The notes below the pieces were generated by a model, which saw only the letters and a program-made list of their open reading frames with translations, did not search any database and was not told the origin of the DNA. A DNA stretch of 64,000 bases from Vezdaea acicularis. Taxonomy: Eukaryota. Made by a program: the position numbers and the translations under genes. The stretch covers positions 1 through 64,000 of the forward strand of contig JAPEUI010000092.1 in assembly GCA_026025075.1 (NCBI GenBank). The letters are read 5' to 3'. Below, in pieces: positions 59,743 through 64,000 of this stretch; position 1 is the stretch's first letter; each line of letters begins with the position of its first letter.

Positions 59743-60779
59743 AGGTGAGAAGAAAAGGGAATGGTACAAGTCAGAAGTCCCTCGTCGTGCTGGGTGCACC
59801 CGATGTGCAGGGACGCGGAGGCGATGGAAGCCACATCACCCACGTCCCTTGTTCCTGCCACACCACCCAGGCCTTCTCCCACACCTTCGCACCCTGACCA
59901 GCACACCCTGTTCATGCCCCGGCGAGAGAGGGACGGTTGCGCCGCATGACTAAACGTCGTGGCTGCTCGGCCTTCGTTGATGAATCCTTTCGAGCGCGAC
60001 GGGCTTGGGTGAACAGCGACCCAGGATGTGATCTAGGATTCCGAGGAGCAGAGGAAGGCCTCCCCCGTCCTATACTCTCCACCATCGCTGTTCCCGTACA
60101 CACTCTCTAGCCTACCATTGGATCGCTCGCTCTACTTGCCCCGGTGCGCCCCACCGACCACTGTCGGGCATCTGGGACGTGCCCGTCGAAGGACGTAATG
60201 TTGTGCGAGGAGCGCGAGCGGAGTCAAAATGGGAGAAGAAGGTTAAGAGCGAACGGACAAGGCGTTAGTCATGCCATGTTCCATCCCATCGGTACCTTGC
60301 GAAGTCACTGCATTTCCACGCACGGAGCCGGGCCCTTTTGCGCCCACCACAAAAGCAAAGTGCGCCCGCTCCCACGCTGGCCGTCTTGCGAGAGTTTTCA
60401 TACAATTGCTCCACGTCCCTTCTTTGCTCTCTTTCCTGGCTAACAATTGCAGCCCCGTGGTGGTAGACTCCCGTCTCGAACGAGTCTGCTGTCTACCAAA
60501 GCAGGCTTCGTGCTGTGCGTGTTTCTCGTTTCGGTCCTCTGAAACATTGTATTGGATGTGCGACGCTGACGAGCGACCAGAAAAAAGTTCGCGACACGCT
60601 CGTACCTGCGTCCAAACAATACTTGGAGCGCCTCTCTGTCGTGGCACCACCCCTCGGACACACCGCACTGTCTATACCTTCGGCCGACGCTCCCCACCTC
60701 AGACTATGGCGCTCTGCATCCGCTGAGAGCAGCAGATTCGAAATAACATTATAGAAAATTTGCTTTCTACGAAGCAACA

Positions 60780-62477
60780 ATGCCGGAAACTTTGCGACCA
60801 TTGTTGCTACCGAAGCTTGTAGAGAAGAAAAAAGCTGGAGAGAGGGCAGAGATCGATAGAGATCCTGGCGCAGATCTTTCGTCGTCGTTTTATACGCAGA
60901 ATTCGTCAAGTTCCGAATTCTCGATGCCTTCAACACCTACATTCTCCACCAGGGGACATTCCCGGCTACCGAGTTCGACATCGTCCCTTGAGAGCTCGTT
61001 TCAGACATTTCCCGGATTGGTCCCATCATCACCGACTTCTTATGATCGGTCTGACACCTTGAACTCGGCGAAGCGATCCTTGCCAGATGTGGAAGAAGAA
61101 CCACAAGAGCAGGACGAGGACTACGACATGTTCGATGATACTAGCGATCTCTATGATTGCTCAACCTGTAAGCTTTTCTTCAACGCTCGTTCCTGATATC
61201 AATACATGTGACTCACTTGGTTTGATGTTATAGGTGATCGTGAGGAACATTATCATGTCCAGGAGTCGGCGATCCATCCATCGTACGCTTCATCACCTGA
61301 AATGGCGTACGACCTCGCAGACGGCTTTCTCAGTGATTGCGATAATTCATTGAGCCCCCGCGTGAAGAAACGTCGTTCGGGCGATTCAACCTTCACTGGA
61401 ATCACAAGTCGGCTTGTTGACCACTTCCCATCTTTCTCGCGTCGCTGGCGGGAACGCAAGACGAGTCTTGCAAGGGTCAGGGTTGATACCCTGCGCGACT
61501 CGGCGCCTTCACGCGCCTGTTCAAGTCGCTCACCATCGTTAACAAGCATAATCGGCGTTATGAAGGCTGATCAGCTCGAAATGCAATTGCCCTCATCTCC
61601 TAGATTGAGCTTGGTTGAAGAGCCAAAGAGCGCTGCAGGACCTGAGCCAATAAACATTCGGGAAAGAGTTGTCGATCCAGACGAAGAAAACCATGGCCTA
61701 GCGACAACACCACTGCTACCGCCCTTGATGGTACCTGAATCTTCGTCGGCTGCGATCGTGCAGTCACCTTTGCAGTCACCAACTGTTGCTGAGCCACGAG
61801 AGTCATTCTCACTAGTCAACACACCTATTCACACACCCACAGTCGCTGGGGCATCCTCACCGCTACTCTCAAATAGACCCTCAATCTCCTCATTCCATCG
61901 CCAACACCTCAATCACCTATCACCCTCGAGCGAGATTCCCCCGATATTCATTGCCGATATTGGTGACGAGTGGGCAAACAAACTTGGCCACGCGAATTAT
62001 AATATCCACCCCGAACCTTATCTCCCCGACGCCTTTGATCTACACGCCTGCAAAGAATTACGGAGTAATTGGGAACAGGCGCGCACTAATTATACCAAAC
62101 ACCTCGTCCGGACCGGTGAACACTACGGCACTACTTCCAACATATATAGGCTCACGGAAGAGAAATGGCTCGAGGTTGACGCCGAGTGGAAGAAGAACAA
62201 CGACTTTGTAGTTGCCAAAGTCTCTGAAAACGCCGAAGATGCAATGCATCTTCGACAGAACACATCTGAACCTTGCGCACTCATGAAGATCCCGTCACTC
62301 AACGATCCAAAAGGAAAGTTCCCAAAGCTTGGCGACGAAGAGATCGTCGGTCCGATGGTTCAGCACGCATCGCTACTGCAACGGAAACCCTCGAAGAAAG
62401 CGAAACTCTTGAAGTTTCTGCAAGATGTCAAGTTCCCATCCGGCGTCATGATGGGGCGATCTGACAAGTCGACATAA
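60780..62477 (+). CDS. Uncharacterised Pro/Ser-rich fungal protein
   Basis: Two ORFs joined by intron 61168..61233. Globular-looking C-terminal block DEWANKLGHANYNIHPEPY...TGEHYGTTSNIYRLTEEKW...KFPKLGDEEIVGPM. Confidence 0.85.
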
Positions 62478-63016
62478 ACCTTAGCGCTTTCCCGCAGCTT
62501 CAACAGCGAGTTGTTAACCTTCCTTTTTAATTTGTCTAATACACGGTCGACACACGAATTTCCTTCTCTTATGATACACTCCTTAGATCCTGTTCTCCTT
62601 TGTAAAGATACCCAGAAAGTTGGTCATCTCACGATTCTCCTAGTCTTAGAGTTGTCGGCGACAACGTGTGCATAGAGAGGACAGCGTTTGGGTTTGGGAC
62701 GGTAGAAAAGGAGGGGGAAAGAAAGGAAAAGTTCACGGCTGGCGCAAAACCACTTTCCCTTTGTTTGACACGGGCTTGTCAGCCATCTTCCCTTGCGTAT
62801 TTGAAGTTGTATTGGCGGCTATGACCTGTTGCACACTCGGAGAGATGTCAACACGGGAAAGCGCAGTCTTATCAGAGATGCTCGTTTCGCTCTGAGAGCG
62901 GGGCAATACCATATATTTGCCATATGCCTCTTCGCTGAGTTAATCCGTGCCCCTTCGACCCCAACGCCTGCCGGATACACACCCCTGCTAGCTTCAACTG
63001 ATCCGCTCCAAGGCTC

Positions 63017-63035
63017 TTCGCGTACACTTTCGCGT
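63017..63035. promoter_or_regulatory. Tandem MCB/SCB-like elements upstream of rtt106
   Basis: ttcgcgt-acac-tttcgcgt (minus strand ACGCGAAA and ACGCGAAG), about 115-130 bp upstream of ATG 63148. Confidence 0.45.
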
Positions 63036-63147
63036 ATCATGTCCCGTTGAACCTCAAGCCCTTGTAATTGTAATAGTCCATGCTCCTGAATTACTTGATT
63101 GCTTTGCTTCTAGCCCATCGGGCGGTTCAGCAGTCACCTTGTTGTTG

Positions 63148-64000
63148 ATGGCCGACGCTCGGTTGATAGATTCTGCCTTCAGGCAGGATCCAACCCTCCT
63201 GAAAGCCGTCCTCGATGCGATAGGTACTGCGCGCGTCCCATTTAACATCGCAAACCTCCAGCCTAAACACTGTTTTGCTGATCTTCATCCTCTCTTCTAG
63301 CTCAAACGCCCCAGCAAGCCCCTCTATTTAATTCCATATCACGCCATGTCCTTAATGTCTCCTCCTCTTCGTTCTCGGAAAACGGTCCTGCGGCTAAAAA
63401 GAGACGGTTGGATGTGCCATCTGGGAATGACCTCGCCCATCGCCCATCGACCGAAATACCAAAATGGAGAGATCCTCAAGAGCACGCTGATACTGTTATA
63501 CCAGATCTCTCATTCTCCATCCCACAGCGGAAGAAATTGACGCTTGAGTTCACGGACAACGGAGTCCGCGCAAAGAATCCCTCCACTCAAGGTATAGAAT
63601 TTGGCGTCTCCTGGGGTGACATCGGTATTCCTCCCCCTATAACCTCCTCTCGTTTGAAGCCCCTTGCTGACCAAACAATTCTCCAGAGCATATAGCCCTC
63701 GTCCCTGTCCCGGACAAAGCAGCCCGTTTCCTCAACCTGATCATCTTTCCCTGCTACTCCAGCGGCATCCCCTCTACCACATCAATGGCTACTGAACCAA
63801 TCCTCATTTCTTTCCCCGAACAACCTCCGAATACACCAACTGGACTGCCCCTTGGAACCACAAAGACTACCTTCACAGCATTGCAAATCATCAACTGCCA
63901 CCCCTCCCTCAAACAAGCGAACCAGCCCACCGCCGACGAATTCGCCTCCGCCATCCCACAGCCCCATCGCAAAGACGAACCAGCCTACCATGCAAAATGC
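63148..64000 (+). CDS. RTT106: Histone chaperone Rtt106, 5' part (runs off the window)
   Basis: MADARLIDSAFRQDPTLLKAVLDAIAQTPQQAPLF...PAAKKRRL...DLSFSIPQRKKLTLEF...IEFGV...LVPVPDKAARFLN matches the filamentous-fungal Rtt106 pattern as I recall it. Introns 63224..63300, 63625..63686. Confidence 0.8.

Noticed and set aside
57297..60726. Numerous 60-170 aa ORFs upstream of the Pro/Ser-rich gene
   Set aside because: No homology cues or coherent exon chain; interpreted as intergenic or 5' leader.

Overview
Eukaryotic fungal DNA, most likely a filamentous ascomycete (Pezizomycotina). This is inferred from short GT-AG introns with CTRAC/CTAAT branch sites and from the gene content; the species cannot be determined from sequence alone. 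About 20 protein-coding genes can be assembled by splicing ORF fragments. Recognisable ones: ethanolamine-phosphate cytidylyltransferase, a DHA1 MFS transporter, adenylosuccinate synthetase, an RgsA-type RGS protein, a RUS1/DUF647 protein, Mediator MED18, a myo-inositol-type transporter, MET6, CIA1, a steroid 5-alpha-reductase family enzyme, an MHYT-domain membrane protein, PNKP/Pnk1 and the 5' part of histone chaperone Rtt106. The rest are secreted/GPI or uncharacterised proteins. No secondary-metabolite cluster, tRNA, rRNA or intact transposon was found. Best leads: (1) a minus-strand, heavily base-paired non-coding segment (~53.66-54.19 kb), divergent from pnk1 and apparently inside a spliced non-coding transcript; (2) C-rich to G-rich compositional waves that flip at introns and appear to alter conserved protein sequence; (3) an uncharacterised HhH-like protein resembling an actinobacterial family; (4) an MHYT sensor with no recognisable output domain; (5) several unusual splicing architectures. 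All pairings and splice sites were read by eye; no computation or database search was run.
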